Below are positions 53,551 to 64,000 of a stretch of DNA of 64,000 nucleotides, piece by piece; within the stretch, counting starts at the first letter, position 1, and each line of letters starts with the position of its first letter. The stretch comes from an uncultured Candidatus Rokubacteria bacterium. Lineage in GTDB: Bacteria; Methylomirabilota; Methylomirabilia; Rokubacteriales; CSP1-6. The notes under the pieces were generated by a model, which did not search any database, had not been told where the DNA came from, and saw only the letters and a list, made by a program, of their open reading frames with translations. Position numbers and translations under genes: made by a program. The stretch lies in assembly GCA_963771355.1 (NCBI GenBank), contig CAVYTA010000005.1, positions 1-64,000 of the forward strand, written 5' to 3'.

Positions 53551-54219
53551 CTAGAGGGCGCGGGCCGCGCGCACGATCTCCTCGTCGCTCGGGAACTTGG
53601 AGAGGTCTCCGATCCCCTCCAGAGCCTCGATATGCTGCCAGCGGATGATCCCGTCCCGATCGATGAGGAAGTGTCCGCTCAGCTGCAAGCCGTGGGTCAT
53701 CGCGATCTGGTTGTCGACCTCGGTGGCCTCGAATCCGTCCCGCTTGTTCAGGGTCGCCATTGCTTCGAAGGGATTCTGCGGCGTGGGGAGCTCGCCGGTA
53801 GGATTGATCCGTGCCGCCTGCAGCTGACCCATGGTGACCTTCCCCTGGGACCACGAGGCTTCCGATTCCTTCTCGACGAGGGTGCCCTCGGGCACCCTGA
53901 ACGCCCGGTGTGTCGCCGCCTCCGGGTCCGCGGTGAGCAGCACGCGTGCGGGGCGATACTTGTAGTAGAGCCGCGCGCGCTCCAGCGGGGTATTGACCAC
54001 CGCCATCGTCTCCGCGCCCACCGCCTTGAGCTTCTCCTGCGTGGTGCCCAGCTGGGCGAGCTGGCGCCGGCAGAAGGGGCAGTGCAGGCCGCGGAACATG
54101 GCAATCAGGACCGGACTGCGCCCGCGATAGTCGGCGAGCGAGACCTGGCCCTCTCGGTTGACCGCGGGCAGCAAGAAGTCGGGGGCGGGATCACCGGGGC
54201 GAAGAAGCATGGATGCCAT
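53551..54219 (-). CDS. AhpC/TSA (redoxin) family protein
   Basis: 'PGDPAPDF.L', 'FRGLHCPFCR', 'FLIDRDGIIRW'. Confidence 0.88.
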   Translation of the reverse strand: MASMLLRPGDPAPDFLLPAVNREGQVSLADYRGRSPVLIAMFRGLHCPFCRRQLAQLGTTQEKLKAVGAETMAVVNTPLERARLYYKYRPARVLLTADPEAATHRAFRVPEGTLVEKESEASWSQGKVTMGQLQAARINPTGELPTPQNPFEAMATLNKRDGFEATEVDNQIAMTHGLQLSGHFLIDRDGIIRWQHIEALEGIGDLSKFPSDEEIVRAARAL

Positions 54220-54237
54220 GAGTCGTTGCCTTTCCAC

Positions 54238-54452
54238 TCGAGTCGTGTTCGCGCCAATCCAGGAACGGCAGCACCACGAGCGCGTCGGGCTCGAGCCCGA
54301 CGCGCTCGCAGACCGCCTGGGCTCTTTGCATGAACTCTTCCGCCTGCCCCTCGTCACCCAGATCCAGCTGGACGGTCGCGAGGCCATCGTAGCAGGGAAA
54401 GAGCAGCGGTGGCTCCTCGGCTTCCTCGGCAAGGGCGAGCGCTTCCTTGTAG
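54238..54452 (-). repeat. Second TPR C-terminal remnant (homologous to 47607-47822)
   Basis: 'YYKEALALAEE.EEPPLL.PCYDGLATV...LVVLPFLD'; the stop is TGG here rather than TGA. Confidence 0.8.
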
Positions 54453-54461
54453 TAGGCTCCC

Positions 54462-56867
<2,406 letters not shown>

Positions 56868-57161
56868 CGGCCTCTCCTTGCATCTCACAGGCTTCACGAC
56901 TGGCAGGGACTGCCGACACGCTGGGCGAAGGCGCCCCCTCCGGCAGTGGGCGCATCGATGCAAAGTGTCGATTCCGAAGATACTCCAACTGGAAGAGCCT
57001 ACGCTGTGAAGAAGTGGGGCTTGCCGCACGGGAGTATCCTTCACCGAGAAACCCGCCGGCGGGGCGCGACCGCGTAGCTTCTTTCCGTGCGGATTTGCTA
57101 AGCTGGTCTCTCGATCCCGCCTGACACGTCCGATCCAGGGTCCGCCAACACTGCCGAGAGG

Positions 57162-58076
57162 ATGCGCATGGACCATGTAGAGTTCGACCGCGAGCCGCCC
57201 GCCAACTTGACGACGTTGGTCATAGCGTTTGGGGGATGGATCGATGCCGGCCGGGCGGCCACGGGCGCCTTGCGCCACCTGACCCGCGACCTCCGGGCCG
57301 AGCGGTTGGCGCGGATAATCCCCGAAGAGTTCTTCGTGTTCACCCAGGAGCGGCCCGAGGTGCGGTTGAGGCCCGACGGGGGCCGCGACATTCACTGGCC
57401 CCGAAGCGAGTTTTTTGCGTGGCATCCAGGAGAGGGGCGGGACGGCCTTCTCCTCTTTTGCGGTCCGGAGCCCCATCAGAGATGGCAAGCCTACACGAAG
57501 GCGTTCCTCGGCGTGGCCGAGCGCTGTGGGGTGAAGCGGATCGTCTCGCTCGGGGCGCTCCTGGCGGGCGCTCCTCACACCCGGCCGGTGCGAGTCACGG
57601 CTCGCTGCACCGACCCCGCCGCGAAGGCGCTGCTCGAAGCCTGGGGTATCTATCGGCCTCCGACCTACGAAGGCCCGACCGGAATCTCCACGATCGTCCT
57701 GGACGCGGCGGAGCGACGCGGAATGCAGCACGTCGGCTTCATGGGCCAGGCGCCGCACTATCTGCCCGATTCCGAGAATCCGGCCGCGATCGAAACCTTG
57801 GTCACCTACGTGGCTCGTCTGCTCAACCTGACCCCGGACATGTCGCATTTCGTCGAGGCCATCCAGGACTTTCGCGTCGAATGCGATCGGGCGGTGGCCC
57901 GGGACCGCGCGACCCGCGAGCACGTGCAGAAGCTGGAGCAGGAGTACGACGCGGCGGCGGCCGAGGAGCAGCAGCCACTACCGGGCGGAGAGCTCGACTC
58001 GGACCGGCTGATGCGAGACGTCGAGGATTTCCTGCGCCGGCAGCGGGAGGGTGGGGCGGGCGGGACGAGCGCCTGA
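57162..58076 (+). CDS. PAC2 family (proteasome assembly chaperone-like) protein
   Basis: 'AFGGWIDAG.AAT', 'GPEPHQRW', 'PHTRP', 'YEGPTGI', 'PHY'. Confidence 0.88.
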   Translation: MRMDHVEFDREPPANLTTLVIAFGGWIDAGRAATGALRHLTRDLRAERLARIIPEEFFVFTQERPEVRLRPDGGRDIHWPRSEFFAWHPGEGRDGLLLFCGPEPHQRWQAYTKAFLGVAERCGVKRIVSLGALLAGAPHTRPVRVTARCTDPAAKALLEAWGIYRPPTYEGPTGISTIVLDAAERRGMQHVGFMGQAPHYLPDSENPAAIETLVTYVARLLNLTPDMSHFVEAIQDFRVECDRAVARDRATREHVQKLEQEYDAAAAEEQQPLPGGELDSDRLMRDVEDFLRRQREGGAGGTSA

Positions 58077-58102
58077 CACGTCGACGCCGACGGGAGGCCG
58101 TC

Positions 58103-59713
58103 ATGGGCGACTGGTACGCCAAGCAGACGATCGGACTTCTGCCCGAGCGGGCGGCCCGGCAGTGGGGCGCGCGTGAGGCCCTGGCCTTTCAGGGACGACG
58201 GTGGACATTCGCGGAGTTGCACACGCGCGTCGACGCGGTGGCGAAGGGACTCCTGTCACTCGGCATCGCGCCGGGGGACAAGGTTGCCCTCTGGATGGTC
58301 AACCGTCCCGAGTGGATCGACGCGATGTTCGCCATCATCAAGATCGGCGCTGTTCTCGTCCCGATGAACACGCGCTTCCGCACCGAGGACATGGCCTATA
58401 TCCTCGCGCAGTCGGACGCCGCCGCGGTGCTCCTCGCCGACCGCTCGGGTCCGGTGGACTACCTCGGCATGATGCGCGAAGTCGTACCGGCCCTGGGCAA
58501 GTCGCCGGATTCGCGCTTTCCTTGCCTCCGCCACGCGGTGGTGCTCGCGGATCGGGCCGCCGCCGACGTGACCGACTGGAGCGAGGTGCTCGATCGGGGG
58601 ACGTCGGTGACCGCGGCGGCCCTGCGCGACCGGGCCGCCCGGGTCGATCCCGAGGACAGCGCCTTCATCCTCTACACCTCGGGGACGACCGGGTTTCCCA
58701 AGGGGGCCGTGCACAACCACGGCATCATCCGGAACGCCTGGGATCACGGCGATCGCATGGGCCTGACCGTCAACGACGTGATCCTCATGTACCTGCCGCT
58801 CTTTCACGCCTTCGGCTTCGTGGAAGGGCCGCTCATGTCGATGATCCGGGGCGCCCGTCAGGTGCTGACCGACACCTTCGACGCCGGCCCGTGCCTCGAT
58901 CTCATCGCCAGCGAGAGGGCGACGATCATTCACGGCTTCGACACCCACTACAAGGAGCTGCTGGACGCCCAGGAGCGAAGGGCCCGGGACGTGTCGAGCG
59001 TGCGCACCGGTATCTGTGGTACCGGCATGTCGAGCTCCATTCCGATCGCCCGTCGCGCCCGGCGGACATTCGGCAATCTCATGACCGGATTCGGGATGAG
59101 CGAGGTCGGCATCGGCGTGACCTTCTCCTTCCTCGACTCGACCGAGGAGCAATGCGTGGAGGCCAACGGCTATCCCGGCTCCGGCTATGAGGTGCGCATC
59201 ATCGACCCGGAGACGGGGGTCGACCAGCCGGTGTCGGTGCCGGGTGAGATCCTCGTCCGCGGGTACATCGTGACGCGGGGCTACTACAAGCGGCCCGAGG
59301 AGACGGCAAAGGCCATCGACGCCGAAGGCTGGTTCCACACCGGCGACATGGGGCTGATGCGCCCGGACGGCCACATGCGGTTCCTCGGCCGCTACAAGGA
59401 CATGCTCAAGATCGGCGGGGAGAACGTCGATCCCATGGAGGTCGAGGCCTTCCTGATGACCCATCCCGCCGTCCAGGCGGCGTCGGTGGTCGGGCTGCCC
59501 GACGCGCGGCTGTCCGAGGTGGCGGTGGCCTTCGTGCAGCGCGAGGCCGGCCAGGCGCTTTCCGAGCAGGAGGTCATCGAGCACTGCCGCGGGCGGGTGG
59601 CGAGCTTCAAGATTCCCCGCCACGTCGTCTTCGTCGACGAGTTCCCGATGACGAGCTCGGGCAAGGTTCAGAAGGTCAAGCTCCGCGAGCGGGCGCGGCA
59701 GGAGTGGGCCTAG
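58103..59713 (+). CDS. AMP-binding acyl-CoA synthetase
   Basis: 'YTSGTTGFPKG', 'GFGMSE', 'WFHTGD', 'GRYKDM..GGENV', 'SGKVQK'. Confidence 0.93.
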   Translation: MGDWYAKQTIGLLPERAARQWGAREALAFQGRRWTFAELHTRVDAVAKGLLSLGIAPGDKVALWMVNRPEWIDAMFAIIKIGAVLVPMNTRFRTEDMAYILAQSDAAAVLLADRSGPVDYLGMMREVVPALGKSPDSRFPCLRHAVVLADRAAADVTDWSEVLDRGTSVTAAALRDRAARVDPEDSAFILYTSGTTGFPKGAVHNHGIIRNAWDHGDRMGLTVNDVILMYLPLFHAFGFVEGPLMSMIRGARQVLTDTFDAGPCLDLIASERATIIHGFDTHYKELLDAQERRARDVSSVRTGICGTGMSSSIPIARRARRTFGNLMTGFGMSEVGIGVTFSFLDSTEEQCVEANGYPGSGYEVRIIDPETGVDQPVSVPGEILVRGYIVTRGYYKRPEETAKAIDAEGWFHTGDMGLMRPDGHMRFLGRYKDMLKIGGENVDPMEVEAFLMTHPAVQAASVVGLPDARLSEVAVAFVQREAGQALSEQEVIEHCRGRVASFKIPRHVVFVDEFPMTSSGKVQKVKLRERARQEWA

Positions 59714-60120
59714 CCGCGGCCCCCCATGTGACAGACGAGCCGCCACTCGGCATCGGTCACCGGCTGAACCGAGAGCCGGGGCAGCCGGACCAGGGCCATG
59801 CCGGCGAAGCGCTTGTCGGCCTTGATCCGATCGAGGTCGACCGGGGTCGGGAGGGGCTCCACCGCAGCGACATCGATGGAGCGCCAGGCGGGATCGGTCG
59901 AATCGGGGTGCGCTTCCGCGATCACCTTGACGATGCCGACGATCGCGCGCTCCTTGCCGGTATGGTAGAAAAACGCCTGCTCACCCTTCTTCATGGCGCG
60001 CAGGTGGTTCTGGGCCGAGAAGTTGCGGATCCCGGTCCACTCCGCTCCTTGGCGGCCCTTCGCGACCTGCTCGGCCCACGACCAATCATCGGGCTCGCTC
60101 TTCAACAACCAGTAGGCCAT
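59710..60120 (-). CDS. EVE domain protein
   Basis: 'YWLLKSEP', 'WTGIRN', 'FFYHTG', 'RLSVQPV'. Confidence 0.92.
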   Translation of the reverse strand: MAYWLLKSEPDDWSWAEQVAKGRQGAEWTGIRNFSAQNHLRAMKKGEQAFFYHTGKERAIVGIVKVIAEAHPDSTDPAWRSIDVAAVEPLPTPVDLDRIKADKRFAGMALVRLPRLSVQPVTDAEWRLVCHMGGRG

Positions 60121-60212
60121 GGCAGCCCCGCCTCCTTGCCGGGCACGCCCGCCAGGGTAGCAAATCGCCCAGGATCGCGGTCTCGACGTTGATGAAGCGG
60201 TGAGGGTCCGGG

Positions 60213-61514
60213 CTAGTCGAAGCGGTAGGCGCGGTACACGCGGGCGATCTCCCCGCTCCGCGCGGTGCCGATCGGGGCCGTCGGCCCGCCGAGGCGCCGG
60301 AGCAATTCGTCCCGCTGGGCGATCTCGGAGTCGCAGAGCGCGGCGCCTTTCAGCAGGAACTCGGAGAACTCGTTGGGGTAGGCGGTAGGGCAATCCGAGC
60401 GCGTGGCGCGGCTGAAGCCGAGGAGCGAGGCGGTGGTGGAGAGCAGCTGGATGCCGAGCCGCCGCGTGGCGATCGTGTCCGGCTCGTAGTAGGCCTCGAT
60501 CTCGTCGACGAATCGGAGGGAGGACACGACCCCGACGCGGCGGCCCCGCTCCTGCAAGGAGAAGACGTACCGCGTGCCGGGCCCGAAGATGTCACGCCCG
60601 ACGATGGCGACGACGAACTCCCCCGGGCGGGCCGCGGCGGGATAGCGGCGGTCGATCTGGTCCAGCACGCGGCTGCCGTCGTACTGGCCGCGCGCGCGGT
60701 CGAGCATGTCCTCCTCCGGCAGCACGATCGCAGGAAGGACGTCGCAGGCCAGACGCCACTTGCTCTCCAGCATCAAGCAGATGTCCTTGAGCGCGATGCG
60801 CGGGTCGGCCTGGTTGATGGACAGGAGCCGGAAGCGGAGCCCGGAGTGAAGCGGGGCCACCGCCAGGTCGACGGGCGCCGGGGATGGCGCGCCGCCCACC
60901 CCGAGTTTCTCGAGCTTGATGTCGAGGACGACCCGGCCCTCGCTCCGCGGGGGCGCCGTCGCCGCCAGGTCCTGGAAATGTCTGACCGCGCGGGCGCGAT
61001 CGCCACGCGCCCCGTACAGCTCGCCCAGGAAGATCTGATGGAGCATGCTCTGCGGCTCGAGACCGAGCCCCGACTCGAGGGAGCTGATGGCCGCCGCCTG
61101 GTCTCCGGCGGCGGCGTAGATGGAGGCCAGGCGGAACCTGACGAATGCGTATCGACGCTGCTGCACGTTGTTGAGCCCTTCGATGAAGGGGAGCGTGCGC
61201 TCGTAGTCCGGCCGCGCGAGCGCCAGCTGTCCCCGTCGACGCTGGCTCTCGGCCCGGTACAGGAGCAAGAACCACGTGTCCGTATCCACGGGGTATTTGG
61301 CGAAGAACTGCTCCACGCCGCTCAGGACCGCCGCGTCGTCGCCCGCCTGGAACCGCGTCAGGATCGTCCGGACCTCCTCGGCCATGGCGAAGGCGTCGCG
61401 CCCCTGACCCTGGGCGCCGGCACGCGGCAGGTCGGCGGCGAACGTGAGGGTGAACACGAAACACGCGGCGAGGGCGACACCGAACGGTCCGTGGGGGCGG
61501 CGCGCTCTGTGCAC
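60213..61514 (-). CDS. Secreted TPR protein with C-terminal archaemetzincin-like domain lacking HExxH
   Basis: Signal peptide, TPR helices, 'RGQYDG', 'DIFGPGTRYVFS', 'VGVVSSLRF', then 'IQLLSTTASLLGF...DCPT'. Confidence 0.7.
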   Translation of the reverse strand: MHRARRPHGPFGVALAACFVFTLTFAADLPRAGAQGQGRDAFAMAEEVRTILTRFQAGDDAAVLSGVEQFFAKYPVDTDTWFLLLYRAESQRRRGQLALARPDYERTLPFIEGLNNVQQRRYAFVRFRLASIYAAAGDQAAAISSLESGLGLEPQSMLHQIFLGELYGARGDRARAVRHFQDLAATAPPRSEGRVVLDIKLEKLGVGGAPSPAPVDLAVAPLHSGLRFRLLSINQADPRIALKDICLMLESKWRLACDVLPAIVLPEEDMLDRARGQYDGSRVLDQIDRRYPAAARPGEFVVAIVGRDIFGPGTRYVFSLQERGRRVGVVSSLRFVDEIEAYYEPDTIATRRLGIQLLSTTASLLGFSRATRSDCPTAYPNEFSEFLLKGAALCDSEIAQRDELLRRLGGPTAPIGTARSGEIARVYRAYRFD

Positions 61515-61515
61515 G

Positions 61516-62256
61516 CTAGGTCAGCCCGCCATCCACACCGAGGACCTGGCCCGTGATGTAGCTCGCTTCGTCGGATACGAGGAAGGCGACCGCGTTGGCA
61601 ACTTCCTCCGCCGTTCCCATGCGACCGAAGGCGGTCAGCTTGACGAGGCCGTCCTTCACCTCCTGCGGCAATCCTTGCGTGAGGTCGGTCGGGATGAGAC
61701 CCGGCGCGACGGCGTTCACGGCGATGTTCCGGCTGCCATATTCCTTCGCCATCGCCTTCGTGAAGCCGATGATGCCGGCCTTGGCCGCGGAGTAGTTCGT
61801 CTGGCCCGCGATGCCCACCATGCCCGCCATCGACGTCATGTTGACGATGCGCCCGTACCGTTGCGTCATCATCTGGCGCAGCGCCGCCTTGCTGCAATTG
61901 AAGACGCTCTTCAAATTCTGCTGGATGATGGTGTCGAAGTCTTCTTCCTTCATCGTGACGAGCGGGCCATCGCGGGTCGTGCCCGCGTTGTTCACCAGGA
62001 AGTCGAGCCGCCCGTAGGTGCGCGTGACCGCGCCCACCACTCCCTGCGCGGTGGCGAACTGGCTCACATCGCCCTGTACCGCGATCGCGTCGCCCCCGGC
62101 CGCCTTGATGGCGGCGACGACGTCATCCGCCGCGCCGGCGCGGGTGTTGTAGTTGACCGCGACGCGCGCGCCGAGCGCGGCGAGCTTGATCGCGCAGGCC
62201 CGGCCGATGCCGCGCGATGCTCCGGTCACGAGTCCGGCCTTGTCGGCGAGGTTCAT
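61516..62256 (-). CDS. fabG: 3-oxoacyl-ACP reductase
   Basis: 'TGASRGIG', 'NNAG.TRD', 'GQTNYSAAKAG', 'YITGQVL.VDGG'. Confidence 0.92.
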   Translation of the reverse strand: MNLADKAGLVTGASRGIGRACAIKLAALGARVAVNYNTRAGAADDVVAAIKAAGGDAIAVQGDVSQFATAQGVVGAVTRTYGRLDFLVNNAGTTRDGPLVTMKEEDFDTIIQQNLKSVFNCSKAALRQMMTQRYGRIVNMTSMAGMVGIAGQTNYSAAKAGIIGFTKAMAKEYGSRNIAVNAVAPGLIPTDLTQGLPQEVKDGLVKLTAFGRMGTAEEVANAVAFLVSDEASYITGQVLGVDGGLT

Positions 62257-62326
62257 CGTCGTGGTGTCCTTCGAGGCTGCGCACTAGCCTTCGATCCTGG
62301 TATAGTATCGCGGTCGGTGTCTTTCC

Positions 62327-63265
62327 ATGACTGATCCATCCCTCGCCCCTTCCGTCCTGGCGCCGCTCTCAGGAGCCGAGGAGGGAGGGCGCGTCCCCCC
62401 GCGCTGGTACTCGCACGCGTACAATCGCCCCGAGGTTTACCGCCTCGCCGCCGCGATGGGATGGCTGCCCCGCCCAGCCCGGCTCGGGCTCGCCCGGGCG
62501 ATCGGGCGGGCGGCGCGGCGGCTCTTCCCGGCCGAGCGGGCCGTCGTCCGGGCGACGCTCGAGGTGATGACGGCCGCCAGCGGCGCGCGGCTGGACGAGC
62601 TGACCGCCGGCGTCTTCCGCGATTTCGCCATGTGCTTCAGCGATCTCGTCACCACCAACCGCCAGCCGTCGACGCGGCTCACCGCCCACGTGAGCCAGGC
62701 GCGCGGCACCGAGCGGCTCGAGAGGCTCGAGGGCGGCATGATCTCGCTGACCGCCCACGTCGGCAACTGGGAGCTCGCCGGCCGGCTGCTCGCGCTCCGG
62801 TCCGCGCGGCCGACCCACGTCGTGGTGGCCGAGGAGGAAGTACGGGCGCTCAAGCGATGGGTGCGTCGGGATGGCGATGGCGTGCGCTTCGTTCCCCGCT
62901 CCGCGCCGACCGTCTCGCTCCAGCTGGTCGCCGCGCTCCGGCGAGGGGAGGTCGTGGCGGTGCAGGGAGACCGCGCGCTGGGAACCCGCGGGGATGCCCT
63001 GGTCCCGTTCTTCGGGCGCCCGGCGCCGTTTCCGCTGGGACCGTTCATCCTTGCCCGCGCGCTGCGGGTCCCCCTGGTTCCCGCCTTCTGCATGCTCGAC
63101 TCCGACCGGCGCTACGAGGTGACCGTCCCGGAGCCGCTGACCGTCGCCGCCGGGGGCGAAGAGGACGCCCTCCGCACCTGGGTCGCGCTCCTCGAGGACA
63201 CCGTCCGCCGGCACCCGACCCAGTGGTTCAACTTCTTCGACGTCTGGAACCCCATCTCCGGGTAA
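62327..63265 (+). CDS. Lipid A lauroyl-type (LPLAT) acyltransferase family protein
   Basis: 'TAHVGNWE', 'QGDR', 'VPFFG', 'PTQWFNF'. Confidence 0.9.
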   Translation: MTDPSLAPSVLAPLSGAEEGGRVPPRWYSHAYNRPEVYRLAAAMGWLPRPARLGLARAIGRAARRLFPAERAVVRATLEVMTAASGARLDELTAGVFRDFAMCFSDLVTTNRQPSTRLTAHVSQARGTERLERLEGGMISLTAHVGNWELAGRLLALRSARPTHVVVAEEEVRALKRWVRRDGDGVRFVPRSAPTVSLQLVAALRRGEVVAVQGDRALGTRGDALVPFFGRPAPFPLGPFILARALRVPLVPAFCMLDSDRRYEVTVPEPLTVAAGGEEDALRTWVALLEDTVRRHPTQWFNFFDVWNPISG

Positions 63266-63281
63266 CGCGAAAAGCCTCGAC

Positions 63282-63557
63282 GTGGAGAGCGAAAAGGTCC
63301 TGGACGCCATCAAGACCCTCCTGGTAGAGCGGCTGAAGTTCGATCCCGCCCGGGCGGCCGACATCACCGTGCATACGTCGCTGCCCAAGGGGATCGAGGG
63401 TTCTCTGGGACTCGACTCGCTGGACTTCATCGAGCTGGCGATGGGAATCGAGGAGCGCTGTGGCGTCATGATCGACGACCAGGAGGACCTGGCGCCCCAT
63501 TTCAAGTCGGTCGGCGCCCTCGTCGACTTCGTCGCCTCCCGGCAGAGCGGGAGGTGA
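63282..63557 (+). CDS. Acyl carrier protein
   Basis: 'LGLDSLDFIEL' phosphopantetheine site. Confidence 0.92.
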   Translation: MESEKVLDAIKTLLVERLKFDPARAADITVHTSLPKGIEGSLGLDSLDFIELAMGIEERCGVMIDDQEDLAPHFKSVGALVDFVASRQSGR

Positions 63558-63558
63558 C

Positions 63559-63999
63559 GTGACGGGAAGCGAGATCGCGCTCGCCGAAGCGACCGCCGCC
63601 GCGGCCTCGCTCCAGCAGGCCCTCCCCCCTTCGCTACACCCGCTATTCGGCGGCTCGTTCCTCCGCTCCTGGGACCTCTACGATGAGTTCGTCTCCCGGC
63701 TGACGCTCCGCGTCTTCGAGGGCGCTGGACTGGAGGCGGCCATGCGAGAGCCGGGCAGCACGTCGGACGTCGCGGCCCGCGCGGGCCTTGATCCGGGACC
63801 GGCCCTGATCCCGCTCGACTGGATCCTCCGGCAGCTCGCCGCGCGGCAGCTCCTCGAGGAAGTACGCGCCGCCGAGGGCACCCGCTGGCACCGGAGCTCC
63901 GCGCCGCTTCCCGCCCTCGATCCCGGCCCCATCCGCGAGGAACAGGCCGCGCTCGATCCCTCGTGGCTGCCGGCCTATACCCTCGCGGAGACGGTGGCG
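63559..63999 (+). CDS. Partial CDS running off the right edge (winged-helix-like N-terminus, possibly a methyltransferase)
   Basis: RBS GGAGG then GTG 63559; open to the window end ('...DVAARAGLD...LDWILRQLAARQLLEE...'). Confidence 0.55.
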   Translation, partial: MTGSEIALAEATAAAASLQQALPPSLHPLFGGSFLRSWDLYDEFVSRLTLRVFEGAGLEAAMREPGSTSDVAARAGLDPGPALIPLDWILRQLAARQLLEEVRAAEGTRWHRSSAPLPALDPGPIREEQAALDPSWLPAYTLAETVA

Positions 64000-64000
64000 C

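Noticed and set aside
57236..59713. 825-aa ORF suggesting an N-terminally extended acyl-CoA synthetase
   Set aside because: The extension is an off-frame overlap of the PAC2 gene; the real start is ATG 58103 with RBS GGAGG.

Overview
High-GC bacterial chromosomal window of about 60 genes. No rRNA, tRNA or CRISPR array was recognised. Several paralogue families (ABC_sub_bind proteins ending '...ADxVIE', GAF histidine kinases with 'SRHKSEFLANMSHELRTPLN', a '[10 protein letters not shown]' zinc ribbon) suggest a Rokubacteria/Methylomirabilota-like genome; this is inference only. Patches of dense single-base indels (about 28.8-29.2, 40-41 and 50.7-53.4 kb) look like long-read assembly error. Contents: a hydrolase-rich catabolic run (1-8.5 kb), a double-hotdog/class III cyclase fusion, a FIST-GAF kinase pair, Fur/PerR-katG, an ATP-dependent DNA ligase, a convergently arranged TRAP transporter, a DDE IS with a 12-bp flanking direct repeat, a sigma54-driven diiron protein, a split FluG-like pair, IorAB-like molybdoenzyme genes, and the start of a FabG/acyltransferase/ACP cluster. 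The strongest hidden signal is two genes the ORF track breaks at an in-frame TGA located at a Cys-motif position: a rhodanese (CxU, 27017-27344) and an AhpD-like protein (CxxU, 32032-32586). Each TGA is followed by a GCTGCC-G..-GGCAGC hairpin, so both are probable selenoproteins sharing one SECIS design. Also notable are two matching ECF42-type promoters, a metal-ligand-less archaemetzincin-TPR protein, and many chimeric gene scars.
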